The translations under genes were made by a program, and so were the position numbers. From the NCBI GenBank assembly GCA_964187785.1, contig OZ076421.1:40238001-40302000 (forward strand): DNA of 64,000 nt, read 5' to 3'. This stretch comes from Amphiscolops sp. MND2022. Lineage: Eukaryota. Under the pieces are notes generated by a model that searched no databases, was not told the DNA's origin, and saw only the letters and a list, made by a program, of their open reading frames with translations. Below, piece after piece: positions 40,086-53,000 of the stretch (position 1 is the stretch's first letter; every line of letters begins with the position of its first letter).

Positions 40086-41506
40086 CATTACGACGCCAAA
40101 CAGGTAACTTTTGACTGCAACAGATCTGTTGCAGTGTGGTGTGGATTCTTCACATCGATTAATTACGTGGGTTTTCAAGAAATGAGGAAAAAGGAGCGAA
40201 ACAATTTTCTGGATTCTTGCACTAATACCTGCGTATCCTGCGAAGAATCTCCGAAACAAATTCTTCACTGTTTTCCTGAATTCTTGAAATTTTGTGGATT
40301 CTTCGTTTTAGCAATTATTAGGAAATATTAGTTTGCGGGGATTCTTCACTAATTAGGTCACTTATTTGAGGTACTAAATTTTTGTGGATTCTTCGTTTCG
40401 TATGAATTCACAGAAATACCATAAACAAAATTTGTGGATTCCTCCTTTTGTATATGAACAATTTTGTTGATTATGTTGAAATGGTTTTCAAAATAAAAGT
40501 CCCCCGTTTGCCGAATTTTAAAAAATTTCTATTAATTGTAATGAAACAAATGATTTTGTAACGACTCCAGGAGCGTTCAAGTAGAATGTTCAAATTAGTT
40601 AAACCCCCAACCCCAGTTTGTCAAAATTTAAAAAAAATCCTATTTTTAAATGTAATGAAGCATGAAGCAAATAAAATTTTTATCGGTGGATAGAAAGTTC
40701 AAAAATTCTCCTGTTTAAATATAAATATCTCATATAACCAAAAGGTAAATTTGTTGGGGAGATGGATTTCAACTTAGATTTTAATTCCTAAATTACGTCC
40801 CGGGGGACGGGAGAAGGTTCTAAACGTCTCCTGGTTTTTTTAAATAATTTTCTCACATGAAGAAACTTCATATGAACTGTATTGAAACAGTTAATTTTGA
40901 AACAACTCCAGGAGCGCTGAAATAAAAGGTATCAAACACACCCCATGTTTGCCGTTTTTAACATGTAAAATTTTATCCCCAAACACCCCCCCCTTTGGCC
41001 AAATTCAAAAAACCTCATATCACGTGTAGGAGAAGTTACCTTTAGAACGACTCCAGGAGCGGTCCAATAGATTGTATCAAAGACCTCACCCATCCCGCTG
41101 TTTGCCAAATTAAAAAAACTTCATTTCAAGTTTAATGAAATTTAATGTGCCTCACCCAAACTATATATCAATTGTATAGGAAAAACTAATTTTCTAACAA
41201 CTCCAGGAGCGTTCAAATTATTTCAAATATCGCACTGCACCCTGTTCGACAAATTCAAACAAAAATTGTCATAACAATTATAAGGAAACAGTTGAACTGG
41301 TTGTAAATATACCAATTGTTGAAAGACTTACATTCGTTCCTCAAAATTCTTTCATTTACATGTAATGCCTCTTCAGTTTAGACGAGGAAATACATGTATT
41401 CAGCATGACACGCGAGTTTATGTTTGTTATTGTGAATCATCTAGCGGCCTCAGCAATCGAAGTACATGTTTTGAAGTTATTAATCAATCCTTGAATCCTG
41501 GTAATT

Positions 41507-41576
41507 GAGTTGATAACTCCAGTTGATAACTCCAATTGATAACTACAGTTGATAACACCAGTTGATAACTCCAGTT
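41507..41576. repeat. 13-bp tandem repeat (AGTTGATAACTCC) x about 5
   Basis: Directly visible: gagttgataactcc agttgataactcc aattgataactac agttgataacacc agttgataactcc. Confidence 0.85.
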
Positions 41577-41933
41577 CCGAAGCCTGATCAAACTCATCCA
41601 GTCTGAGCTTTCATCAAATAAAGTAAGTTTTTATTTAATTTTTTGTCATTGGAAACACTCTCAATCAACAAAAACAAGAACTGTTACGAATTGTTCATCC
41701 AAATGAGTTAATAATGAAGATATAGAGTATTGTTTTATCAAATGAAAAATAATCAAAAGTTTAATCATGAAGTTGGTTTCCAATGTTTGACAATTTTTAA
41801 AGAAGGTATACAGTATATGGCGTTCATTGAGAGGCGGGTAACATCACGAAGAGCCTTATAAATAAATATACATTTAGTGTTGAAAATTGTGTATGAATTC
41901 ATTATAACATGAATCGTGTATAATTCAAAATAA

Positions 41934-42243
41934 TGACTCCAGGAGCGTTGAGACAGCTAAAGTTATAGATGATTTTAAAGACTTTAATGACTCCCGGAGC
42001 GTTAAGACAGCTAATTTATATATAATATTCAAAACTTTAACTACTCCCGGACCTGGACCAGGAGCGTTAAGACAGCTAAGTTTATATATAATATTCAAAA
42101 CTTTAACGACTCCAGGAGCGTTAAGACAGCTAAATTTATATATGATTTTAAAGACTTTAACGACTCCAGGAGCGTTAAGACAGCTAAATTTATATAAAAT
42201 TCTCAAAATTGCAACGATTACAGGAGCGTTAAGACAGCTAATT
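41934..42243. repeat. About 54-bp tandem array x6, each unit containing ACGACTCCAGGAGCGTT
   Basis: Repeating (a)cgactccaggagcgttaagacagctaaatttatata..aaaacttta units. Confidence 0.9.
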
Positions 42244-42436
42244 GTTTGAGACTGTATTACACAACCTACTAAAGTCAGATGACTTAAAGCGTGGTCGCAT
42301 GAAATAACTGCCAACGTCAATGATAAAAGATTAATCGTTTTTCGTTTGATGAGTTTTTAACTCGAAAATATAACGACTCCAGGAGCGTTGCGAAAAATAA
42401 TTTTTCCAAATTATTAAACAATCTTTTAAAATCCAG

Positions 42437-45400
42437 GAACGGCCGCTCAAGAAGTGCCCCAAATGCTCCTATCAGACAGAGAAACTCTTTAATTTCAACC
42501 GCTATGTTGGAAAATGCGCCGGTGTCGAGACCGAACAGGTTGAAGCCAGAGGAAGTGGTCACTTTTCTTGTGACATGTCTGCTGCTATTGTCAACTAAGG
42601 ATGCCCTCAAAAGGCATCAACGGACTGAAAGCTGCGCTAAGAGGGCAGCGGAGCTAGCAGAATGTCTTTCCCCGCCTCTGAGGAAATACAGTAAGTTATT
42701 CCTCACATAGAAAATGTATGCTGCGCAAAAATATGCTCGTTACAGTAAATAACTGCTCACATTTAACTTGTCTTTTTATCGTTCGATAACTGTGCTAGCG
42801 AAGTAGAAACGTACCGCCTATTATGAAAACTTTCTTGAAAGGCGATGCTATAGTACATATCTTTTAATGTTTCAGAGACTGTAACGGGGACGCTGAAAAG
42901 CAAAACGAGTGACGCGTGTGGTCAGGAGTTTTCATCCCTCAGCAACTTGTTGAGGCACCTTGATCGAGCTCCCCATCACTGATTTCAGCATATGACCTTC
43001 TCAAGAGTCCCCAGAAAGTCAGCCAAGGAAGGCAACTACAGGTAAGGAAAATCAGCCAATATCAAAGAGTTGTTTTTTCAGTTGAACAATTGCAAGGAAG
43101 TCAAAAAATTGTTTTAATGCCTAGAAGAGTTAATTCTGTTCTCAAGGTGAGGATACTTGCCATGGATATAAGAATCTGTCTTTTCACTGAATAAAAATTT
43201 TTATGTATTGTTTTCAAATGTTCTTAGGTACTACGAGCACATCGAGGAGACCAAACAGATTGCCGTCCAAAAGTGCGTTGTGTTGAATGGTTCTGTGGAA
43301 AACCAGTCTAAGAAGGTGCTGAACTACCTGTTACATGGTTTTCTCATCCTATGGAGAGATGCCAAGCAAAATGCTGAAGGCCTAGTGCTTCCGCATGTCC
43401 CCAATGAAGCAGCGACACAGTTTTTGCCTTTAGCAGAGCACATGCTTCGTTACATGGCTAACCTTGATGTCCCCATTGCAGAAAAGTCTGCAAAACTTAA
43501 TAAGGTGAGACTAGAAACTTCAATTCATGGATAACATACTTTTTTGAAAGTTTAAAGATATATACAACATTTATTCTTTTCCGTATGAATGTTTTATGAC
43601 CAGTATTCGGCGTACGTCATTGAGAAACAAGCGAAACACTGGAATGAAGTTTTATTAAAAGTTAAATGGGAGGTTCTAAATACATCTGGGGATTCAAAAA
43701 ATTTACAAGTACACATGCACGACGCTTCAAGGGAAAGATATTTTGTCTTCGATTTTCAGAGGTTGTGCTTTTCCCAATAGAAAATAGAAATCTGTTCCTG
43801 AATATATACATAAATACCGGAACGGAGAATCCACAAAAAATTTACAATCATATTGAGCTTCAAAATCATGAACGATTACCTTCAAAGTAGTTTTGCAATG
43901 GTTTGTCATCCAGCGCTAGATTCTTCACAACATGTTTAATTATTGTTTTCTCAATTCTCCTTCGCTTATGCAGCCATTTTGGAATTGTTTCAGCAGCGAC
44001 ATTTGACCAGAGAAGAATATCTGGTAGAGCAGCGCGCGGAGCCAGAAGCAGCCGAAAAAGATCTGTTCCCGGCGAATGTCATCGACATCACTCTTGGCCA
44101 TGAGGTGATTAAATTCATTGTAAACTTTTGTATATAATACTTTCATCCGTTTTTATCTGTTTTTGTCATTGTTGGTATGAATGAAATACTATGTAGCAAT
44201 AATTCTACTACGGAAACAATTAAGATAAACTCGGTACTTAAACTTAGATCTTTTCACCACCCAGTGCCGTGAAAAATGCCGCAGTACACTCATTTGCGGA
44301 ATCAAAGTTGGCAGCCGGGGTTGAAAACGGGTTCGTGACGTAGAGCTCTTGGAATTACCTGCTGCTTCCGAGCGATCAGTGTGTGACCCCCTGGCACATA
44401 GATTTTGCCAGTACCTGCGTGTTTTATGTGGTCCTCCTTGGGAAAAAAGCTTCCGGCTCGTCGAGCCAACGAGGAAGAACTTGAGGCTTTTCAAGCAGTA
44501 TAGCGAGAATGACCCAAGAAGCTTGTAAGATAATTTTTCTTGTAAAAAAATTGCCTCCCACAAGAACATGATTTTGAAAAAAAAACAGCCAAATGAAACG
44601 TCGAGCCTTTTTTCATCAAAACCGTCTTTATAATAATGTGTGTCATTTAGATCAACATCTTTCGGGGACCTGGAGCAGTTGCAGGGAGGAGGCTGCCACA
44701 GTATCCATGCAAGGGCAGGTGACGCCGTCATTTTACCGTCGAAATGGATTTACTGTGTCGTCAACCATGGCAACTCCGTGGCACTAGGTGCCAATTTCCT
44801 CTGCTGTGGACACAGTGATTTAATTGTCGTTGCCCATTTCGACGAGGACGAGGATACACGGTAAATATTGTACCAAATACTACAAACACATATGCAAAAG
44901 TTGTAACCTGTAACGACTCCGGGAGCATTTTTGCGAATAAGCTGAGAAATGGTATATAACAGCCTCCCCATATTTTTGCGTAACATGAAACGTCTCCCGG
45001 AGCATTTTAAGGGAACAATATTCCAATTTGCATTTTTATAAATGTGTCGCTTCTGATCACGTACTATAACTTAAAGATAATCCACCCTCTAATTACTTAA
45101 TAACTTTATAATACAAAAAGCTCCAATACCCTGTGTTAACTATAGATATCCCTTTTTGGCGACAATGTGGAGTGTAATCCTCTTCAACTATCGCAAGATG
45201 CGAGTGCCTCCCAATGAGCGGTACAGGAGCCTGCTTCAAAAAATGGCTGAAAAGATCAAGGACGAAGAAGCCTCTACTAAACGAGTTAGCGCTATATTTT
45301 ATTTTCAACCTACTGAAAGCGATTCTTGGTAACTTGAATCAACTTTCATGTTATTAACTGAAAGTAATTTTATTGTGACCACTTTTGTAACCATGAATTT

Positions 45401-46142
45401 GTAACCACTTAATTGCAATCGTTTTGTTCTAGGTTCTCCCTGCCTTCAGCATTGAAACACTTATCCTTGAAGCGAATCTACAGATGTACAGCGGAGGCCG
45501 TTTTTGCAGAACGAAATTGAAAGACTTTAAAAAAGCCCCACTGCGCTTCAATGTCAAGGTGGAGGTAAAGGTTGAGCTTGATCACCAAGACACAGTCCCA
45601 GATGTCACTAACGAGCCATATGAAGCTGATGATCTCTCTGAGGCAGTTGATGACCTGACGCTGCTCACGCGGGAGATCATGGATTCACCCCAGCCAATCC
45701 GCAGTTACCAAAGAGGTAACTGTTGTTAACTAAATCGTTTAGCTAGAAACAATGTAATGTGCATTAAATTTTTGTTCCAAACTATACACTCGCTCCTGGA
45801 GTCGTTACAGCCAACTTCAGTTGTCCGAACGACCACACTCTTGTGTTTGCTTTTGCTACCGTAGTCGTTAAATTGGATTTCAGTCATTCGAAGTCCCACT
45901 CGTTAATCTTTAAACCCTCTGTTTAAAAGTCTTCTTTTGAAAATAGTATTCTTTCCTAAATCCGCTTTAACTATGCCTGTGTTACTGTTTCAGATTGGGA
46001 CCTCAAACAAAAGCAGTTCGTATCCTCCTCTCTAACAGTGCAGCGTTGGAAGCAATCTGATTTTAGCAGATTCAAGCACATTGCTGCAATTGCTCCATCA
46101 GCACACGAGTTTAACTGTGCAAGCCGACATTGTGTTGATTAG
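42437..46142 (+). pseudogene. Multi-exon triple zinc-finger + JmjC histone demethylase-like gene (KDM2/KDM7-type JmjC), decayed
   Basis: Exons about 42437-42690, 42876-43041, 43228-43504, 43974-44104, 44248-44524, 44651-44860, 45146-45284, 45433-45715, 45994-46142. GT-AG phases are consistent at each adjacent junction checked; 43505-43973 is unresolved. Motifs: CPKC..FNFNRYVGKC, SCDM..LKRHQRTESC, ACGQEFSSLSNLLRHLDRAPHH; NVIDITLGHE, TPWHIDFASTCVFYVVLLGKK.FRLVEPTRKNLRLF, FGD..ILPSKWIYCV..LGANFL, RYPFLATMW. Contains stops and frameshifts. Confidence 0.85.
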
Positions 46143-47033
46143 AGAGATTTCTATTTATTAGAGAGATTAGAAAGTTTAAAAAGATTCAAGAATAAAATTT
46201 TGCAACAGTTTTTTTTATTCTGGAGTCGCAGCCTGTAGCATTATCGTTGTGAAAAATCCATCAAAGGTACAACTAAATTCAAAGACCACTACCTTTAAAT
46301 TAAACTTACGCATGTTTTATCTAATGCGCAGCTACCAGAGAGGTAACCGTTGTTAACTAAAGCTTTGAGCCAAAAACCATGTATTGTTTATCAAAATTTT
46401 TTTTAAACCTGTACACTCGCTTTCGGAGTCGTTACAGCTGACTTCAGTCGTCCAAACGAACACACTTTTTTTGCCTTCGCTCTGTGTAAAAGACCGCTTT
46501 TAAAAATACTATTCCTTCCTAATTTCAAAAAAATGTAAGTTTTTTTTAAAATTCTGGAGTCGCACAGCCTGTAGCTGTATTGTTGTAAAATATCCATAAA
46601 AACTTACAACTAAATTCGTGGACCACTACCTTCAAATTAAACTTACACATGTTTTATCATCTAATTGCAGATTCTGCATTTTATGGGTAATTAGTATTGC
46701 CTCAATTCTACTGTGCAATTCTATCTCCCAGCGATTGAAATTGTCCTCATGGACCACTACCTTATCACCTAATTATAGATTCTTCACATCATGTGTAATT
46801 ATCAATGCCTCTATTCTACTGTAAAATTCACAACCATGCTTTAAAATTCAAATTAGACGATGAGGGAGTTAATTGAAAAATGATAGGTGTCATTGAAGTG
46901 AGTTTGTCACTTTCCAATTCTTTCAACATAAAAAAATAGAAAGACCCATGTCAGAGAACACTCATTCAACTACCATTCCACCATATCAATCAGTTGCTTT
47001 CTTGCCAAGTCTAAAAACAAAATCGCTCTCAGA

Positions 47034-49316
47034 ATGTCTGAACCTTTGGGAAGTATTTCAATTAACAACGGCGATTTGACCCAATATTCACAAATCAGCC
47101 CTTTTCTAACTCAACCCTTTTCTAAGCAGCCTCCACAACCACTTAACCATGATGCTAATCATCTTTATCATAGCACCCCTGCACCGCTCCAACACAGTAA
47201 CTTCTCCTTCCACGAGTCGTACTTAGGCCATACAATCCCGTGCCCGCCTTATTTCTCTCAAATTGTGGACCCTAAAACATCCCAATGTTATACTCAAAAC
47301 AGCACTTCATCCACGAACTCCAGTGATCAAGCGTGGCTAGAACAGTCTGTTGCAAGTGCGCTTGCTACTAGCACTTGCACCTTGAAGCGCAGTCTCAATT
47401 TTACAGCCAGGAGTTTAACTGAACCAAGAACAAAATTGCCTCGACAGGAATGGTAGGAGAAAGTAGGACCCCGAATTGAGGAGACCGTTCGAGAAATTGT
47501 AGAAGCGATCGACACTTGTGGAGCGCTGACGCTCCAACAACAGTTGGCACTCATCCACGGCATTGTCACCCATCTATACATGTATGCTGAACCCGTCACT
47601 GTGATGGCGTAGAGCATTTTAGCTATGACAGTACATGCCGTCGCCCAAGTTGTGTCACAGCTTGACGAGCTAAGCCAGGACACCGAGCACGAATTGAGCC
47701 TTGAACCATCTTTGGGTAATTGTTTCTTTTTTTGGCAAGCTTGGAGACGAAGTAGAACATTGAATGAAGAGAAACCTACATATTATTAGAAAAATTATGG
47801 TTAAAGAAACTTTTTTAAAAAGGGATCTGTCATGTTACACATTTCTAGAATTGTAAACCTATTGTTTTAGGAAACACTATTCGATCGCAGCATAAGATAT
47901 GCTTTTGGGCGGTGAATGCGATGCTGGTCTATCACCTTGGCGTGAGACCCAATTTCCAGAGGTAAACACCACAAGTGGTCAAGAGGGCGGTCCCACGGGA
48001 CAATGACACCGAAGAGGTGCAAACCGAACTTTTTTTCGTCACTTCCAAGGGAAACACCAACTTTAACCCCAGAAAATATGCAGAAGAGATTATGGACAAG
48101 GTACAGAGTTTTCAACAAAAGTAATTGAACAGTCACTACGCGCAACAGTTATAAACTTTCAAACTTGTTGTTTAGTTTAGTTATTTCATAATTAACTTCT
48201 ACAGCGTCAATTGATTCTTGTGAAACGTTTCGTTGCTCGTTATGTGATTGTATTTGGTTGTAGATGCAAAAGAATTCACGGGAGACAGTGGACAATGTGC
48301 TGCAGGGTTATGCCAACCAAGCACTTCCCCTGCCAACATCCTGCGATGCCGTCTTCAAGAGGAAATCGCACGCCACAGCAGAGATCTGGAAAACTGTCGA
48401 CATGATCTGGGCTGCCGCTAATGAGGTCACTGAACGACAACTGAGCGCCTGTGTGACAAAACGCCTCAATGCGCAGTGTTATGCCCGACAAGTGTTGCGA
48501 GCAAAAGAGTTCATTGCATTTTGCAGCAACAAACGAAATCAAATCAACCCCACCAGGCAGAGGCTCATTGAGTTCTACAGCAAGAACTCCTGGAACACAG
48601 AAGAAGATCTCAAAAAAGTTTGTAATTCCTTAACATCGGAAATCAACCAGTAGTCACACTGCTTTAACAATAACCGCTTGAATACCTAGAGGATGAAAAA
48701 CATAAGTATATCAAGTTACTTTTATTCATTGTTTCTTTAGATATTCAAGATTGTGACTGATCGCCTGAATCCGGAAGCACTACAGACTCCATCAGTTGCC
48801 CCCCGCCACGATGCCTTGTTCCTGCTAGCCCAGCACGATTAGTCGGAGTTTTTCAAGAAGTCAATTGCCAAACGATGCAAGTCGCAGCATTGGCCAGCAA
48901 TCTGCGACGTACAAGTGAAAGATCTTGGTCGTGGGGTGATCACGACGGCGAAGATCTACAAAGGAGAGATTCTGGCTGATTACCACGGGGAAGAGATAAA
49001 AGGAATGAGGTCGAACGAGTTCCTTGACATACCTAGCAACCAAACCGAGTATCTCTTCCAACTAGGCCAGAAACATCTAATCGACGCTTCCAGTGAAGTC
49101 TGCAAGGAGCGTCCGAACAACAGGTGCCTTGTTGGGTTATTCAACCACAAATCGGCCAAAAAAGCAAATGTGAAGCCAGTGCTAACAAATATGGCGCCCA
49201 ACAAAGACGTCCTGGTGTTTTCAGCGAAAACTGAAATCGCTCCCTTCGGATAGCTTCGCTTCGATTATGGCGATGAAGAAGCGAGGCGACTATTGACGAA
49301 TAATTTTTTGTCTTGA
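47034..49316 (+). pseudogene. Multi-exon gene: tyrosine-recombinase-like remnant followed by a SET domain (PR-Set7/KMT5A-like)
   Basis: SET motifs are clear: HWPAI..KDLGRGVITTAKIYKGEILADYHG, YLFQ, LIDAS..C, LFNH, NVKP, VLVFSAKTEIAPFG*LRFDYGD. The YR-like part is only partial: AMLVYHLGVRP and ELFFVTSKG. Several stops. Confidence 0.75.
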
Positions 49317-50988
49317 TAGTAGTTTAGATAACGCAGAAACTGAATTTTAGTTAATTTTCTTGTTTTCCGATGAAAAGTTTTTTTTCAATTAGATATGTTT
49401 ATGGAGTTGCTGGATTAATTAAATTTCGAGGACTGAATGTGCTCGCGGAGTCGTTACGTTGTTTGTAAAGGAGTTGTTGGTTTAGAAAACAAGTGTACTT
49501 CTACCTTCAAAAAACAACTAGCAATGGTTTAAAATTGATCTCTGGATTCTTCGAACAATGCCTTAAAGTTACTTTCTCAATTCTTGGCGCTCATTTTAAG
49601 CGCGAGCTGAGCTAATGCTATTTGAAGAATCCACAAAAATAGCTTAAACAATTGCTCAAAACTAGTGTACTACTTACTACCTACGAATAGTTACCAGCAA
49701 TGATTTAAAATTCACTTCTAGATTCTTCAAACATTGCTTTAAAGTCACTTTCTCAATTCTTAGCGCTAATTTTAAACGCAAACTGAGCTAATGCTATTTG
49801 AAGAATCCACAAAATTCACTGAACTCCTTGCTCAATTTTTGTGTATTGGAGAATTGGAAAGCTGTCGAAAGCTTACGGTCCCTAAATAATTGCTCCCGGA
49901 GTCGTTACAAAATAATGAGAAGGGTCATTTTTGCATCAAAAAAGGAACTAATCGAACTCCACTAAAAGGTACAAAAAAGCCAAGAAATTACCTGACATCA
50001 CGTATTCAGAAGGATCCAAAACACAGCCTTTTTTCTCAACATCTTCAATGTATGTTGCCTTATGGTTTTGAAAAGCTATCAATCAAAAAAATTAAGTTGA
50101 TAAGAGGTTGTCCTCAATCAATCATTACTTTGAACAAAATAAAAAAAATTAACAATTGAACGATCAAACTCGTGTTAGTTTTTATTTGTGTGCAATACAA
50201 CGGCATATGGGGGATGGTAGCGCAGTTGATATTTCACATGGGTATGTAGTGAAGCTATACGCGTTGTCCACCACGGGATCGACTCTCACATAGACACTGT
50301 TTGGCGACTCTATACAGACCACTCTGTATTCCCCACATGTCGATTTGGTGAACGACGTCGTTCCACTTCACAGCGACTGGAGGGCATAATTGAAGATCCA
50401 ATGAACTGCGCTACTGCATCGCTTTTTGATGTGAAAAGGATAAATCATTTGTTGCTCGGTATTTTCCTTTACAGCGATAGGAAGGCACAATTGAAGATCC
50501 AGTGCATCCAGGGGTGTTCAATAAATAATTATGAGTAGGAATAATTGAAATGAATAAAATAAAATAATTTACTTCTACACTCAAATGAACAAAAGTATTT
50601 TTTTGAACCTGTTAGATAAAAGAAAAATAATTGGGTCTTGAGGTAACTAAAACTAACTAAGAACGTTTAGTTCAACATATCGTCAGCCATATAAATTCGA
50701 ATATACAAAAATCTTGAGCTTTCCAGAAATACAATTGTTGAGTACCTTGGGGTACTGACTCAAAAGGTCGAAGAATCCATTCGAAAAACACTGTCTCTGC
50801 GTTTTGGCCTGATTATGGATTTATGGATAGCTAATTTAAACTTTTGTTGAAATCCGTTTTTCGCTGAGAATAAAAATAATTCTTTTAACAAAAAAAAATA
50901 ATAAAATTGTTTAATTTTCCACTATGAAAATAGAATAATTTAATTTTAGGCAACATTAAAATTCGAATAAAATTTTGAACACCTCTGA

Positions 50989-51450
50989 CTGCGTCCCTTT
51001 TTGATGTAAAAAAAGATCAGTTGATCGTTGTTATTTTCATTCACAGCGATAGGGGGGCACTTTGGAAGATCGACCGCGTCTTTTTTTGATGTGGAAAAAG
51101 ATTAGACGATCCTCTGTATTTTCATTCACAGCGATAGGAAGGCACTTTTGAAGATCCACCGCGTCTTTTTTTGATATGGAAAAAGATCAGACGATCCTTG
51201 TTATTTTCCTTCACAGCAATAGGAAGGCACTTTTGAAGATCCACCGCGTCTTTTTTGATGTGGAAAAAGATCAGACGATCATCGTTATTTTCCTTCACAG
51301 CGACAGGAAGGCTTTTTGAAGATCCACCGCGTCTTCTTTTGATGTGGAAAAAGATCAGACGATCCTTGTTATTTTCCTTCACAGCGATAGGAAGGCACTT
51401 TTGAAGATCCACTGCATCCCTTTTTGATCTGAAAAAAGATCAGTTGATTG
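50989..51450. repeat. About 84-bp tandem array 1 (about 5.5 units)
   Basis: Unit gatcagacgatccttgttattttccttcacagcgataggaaggcacttttgaagatccaccgcgtcttttttgatgtggaaaaa. Confidence 0.9.
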
Positions 51451-52284
51451 TTGATAATGATGATTTTTGATGAAAACAGTGCTGTCCAAATTCAGTCAAA
51501 ATCAAAAAGAAATATAAACTATTAATTCAATACAAATTAGCCCAAGAATCCACAAAAATAGCTTAAACAACTGCTCAAAACTATTGTACTACTACCTACG
51601 AATAGTTACCAGCAATGATATAAAATTCATTTCTAGATTCTTCAAACAATGCTTTAAAGTCACTTTTCAATTCTTAGCGCTCATTTTAAACGCAAACTGA
51701 GCTAATGCTATTTGAAGAATCCACAAAATTCACTGAACTACTTGCTCAATTTTTGTGTATTGGAGAATTGGAAAGCTGTCGAAAGCTTACGGTCCCTGAA
51801 TAATTGCTCCCGGAGTCGTTACAAAAAAATGAGAAGGGTCATTTTTGTATCAAAAAAAGGAACTAATCGAACTCCACTAAAAGGTACGAAAAAGCAACGA
51901 ATTTTTTTGAACCTGTTAAATAAAAGAAAAATAATTGGGTCTTGAGGTAACTAAAACTAACAAAGAACGTTTAATTGAACATATCGTCAGCCATATAAAT
52001 TCGAATATACAGAAATCTTGAGCTTTCCAGAAATACATTTGTTGAGTACCTTGGGGTACTGACTCAAAAGGTCGAAGAATCCATTCAAAAAAACACTGTC
52101 TCTGCGTTTTGGCCTGATCATGGATAGCTAATTCAAACTTTTGTTGATATCCGTTTTTCGCTGAGAATAGAAATAAATCTTTTAACAAAAAAAATAACAG
52201 AATTGTTCATTTGTCCACTATGAAAATAAAATATTTCAATTTTAGGCAACAATAATATTCGAATAAAATATTGAACACCTCTGA

Positions 52285-53000
52285 CTGCATCCCTTTTTGA
52301 TGTAAAAAAAGATCAGTTGATCGTTGTTATTTTCCTCCACAGCGATAGGAAGGCACTTCTGAAGATCCACTGCATCCCTTTTTGATGTGAAAAAAAATCA
52401 GTGGATCGTTGTTATTTTCATTCACAGCGATAGGAAGGCACTTTTGAAGATCCACCGCGTCTTTTTTTGATGTGGAAAAAGATCAAACGATCCTTGGTAT
52501 TTTCATTCACAGCGATAGGAAGGCACTTTTGAAGATCCACCGCGTCTTTTTTTGATATGGAAAAAGATCAGACGATCCTTGTTATTTTCCTTCACAGCGA
52601 TAGGAGGGCACTTTTGAAGATCCACCGCGTCTTTTTTGATGTGGAAAAAGATCAGACGATCGTTGTTATTTTCCTCCACAGCGATAGGAAGGCACTTTTG
52701 AAGATCCACTGCATCCCTTTTTGATGTGAAAAAAATCAGTGGATCGTTGTTATTATAATTCACAGCGATAGGAAGGCACTTTTGAAGATCCACCGCGTCT
52801 TTTTTTGATGTGGAAAAAGATCAGACGATCCTTGGTATTTTCATTCACAGCGATAGGAAGGCACTTTTGAAGATCCACCGCGTCTTTTTTGATATGGAAA
52901 AAGATCAGACGATCCTTGTTATTTTCCTTCACAGCGATAGGAAGGCACTTTTGAAGATCCACTGCATCGCTTTTTGATCTGAAAAAAAGATCAGTTGATT
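52285..53000. repeat. About 84-bp tandem array 2 (about 8.5 units)
   Basis: Same unit as 50989-51450, with length variation in the T-run. Confidence 0.9.

Noticed and set aside
41925-42320. Repeat-protein ORF (CLNAPGVVKV..)
   Set aside because: It is simply the translation of the 54-bp tandem array.
47034-49316. Independent Crypton/DIRS element
   Set aside because: No separate boundaries or RT, YR catalytic residues are not visible, and it shares the dispersed motif of the surrounding element.
50989-53000. CRISPR-like appearance of the 84-bp arrays (also the 54-bp and 100-bp arrays)
   Set aside because: Whole units repeat with no unique spacers, there are no cas genes, and the context is eukaryotic.
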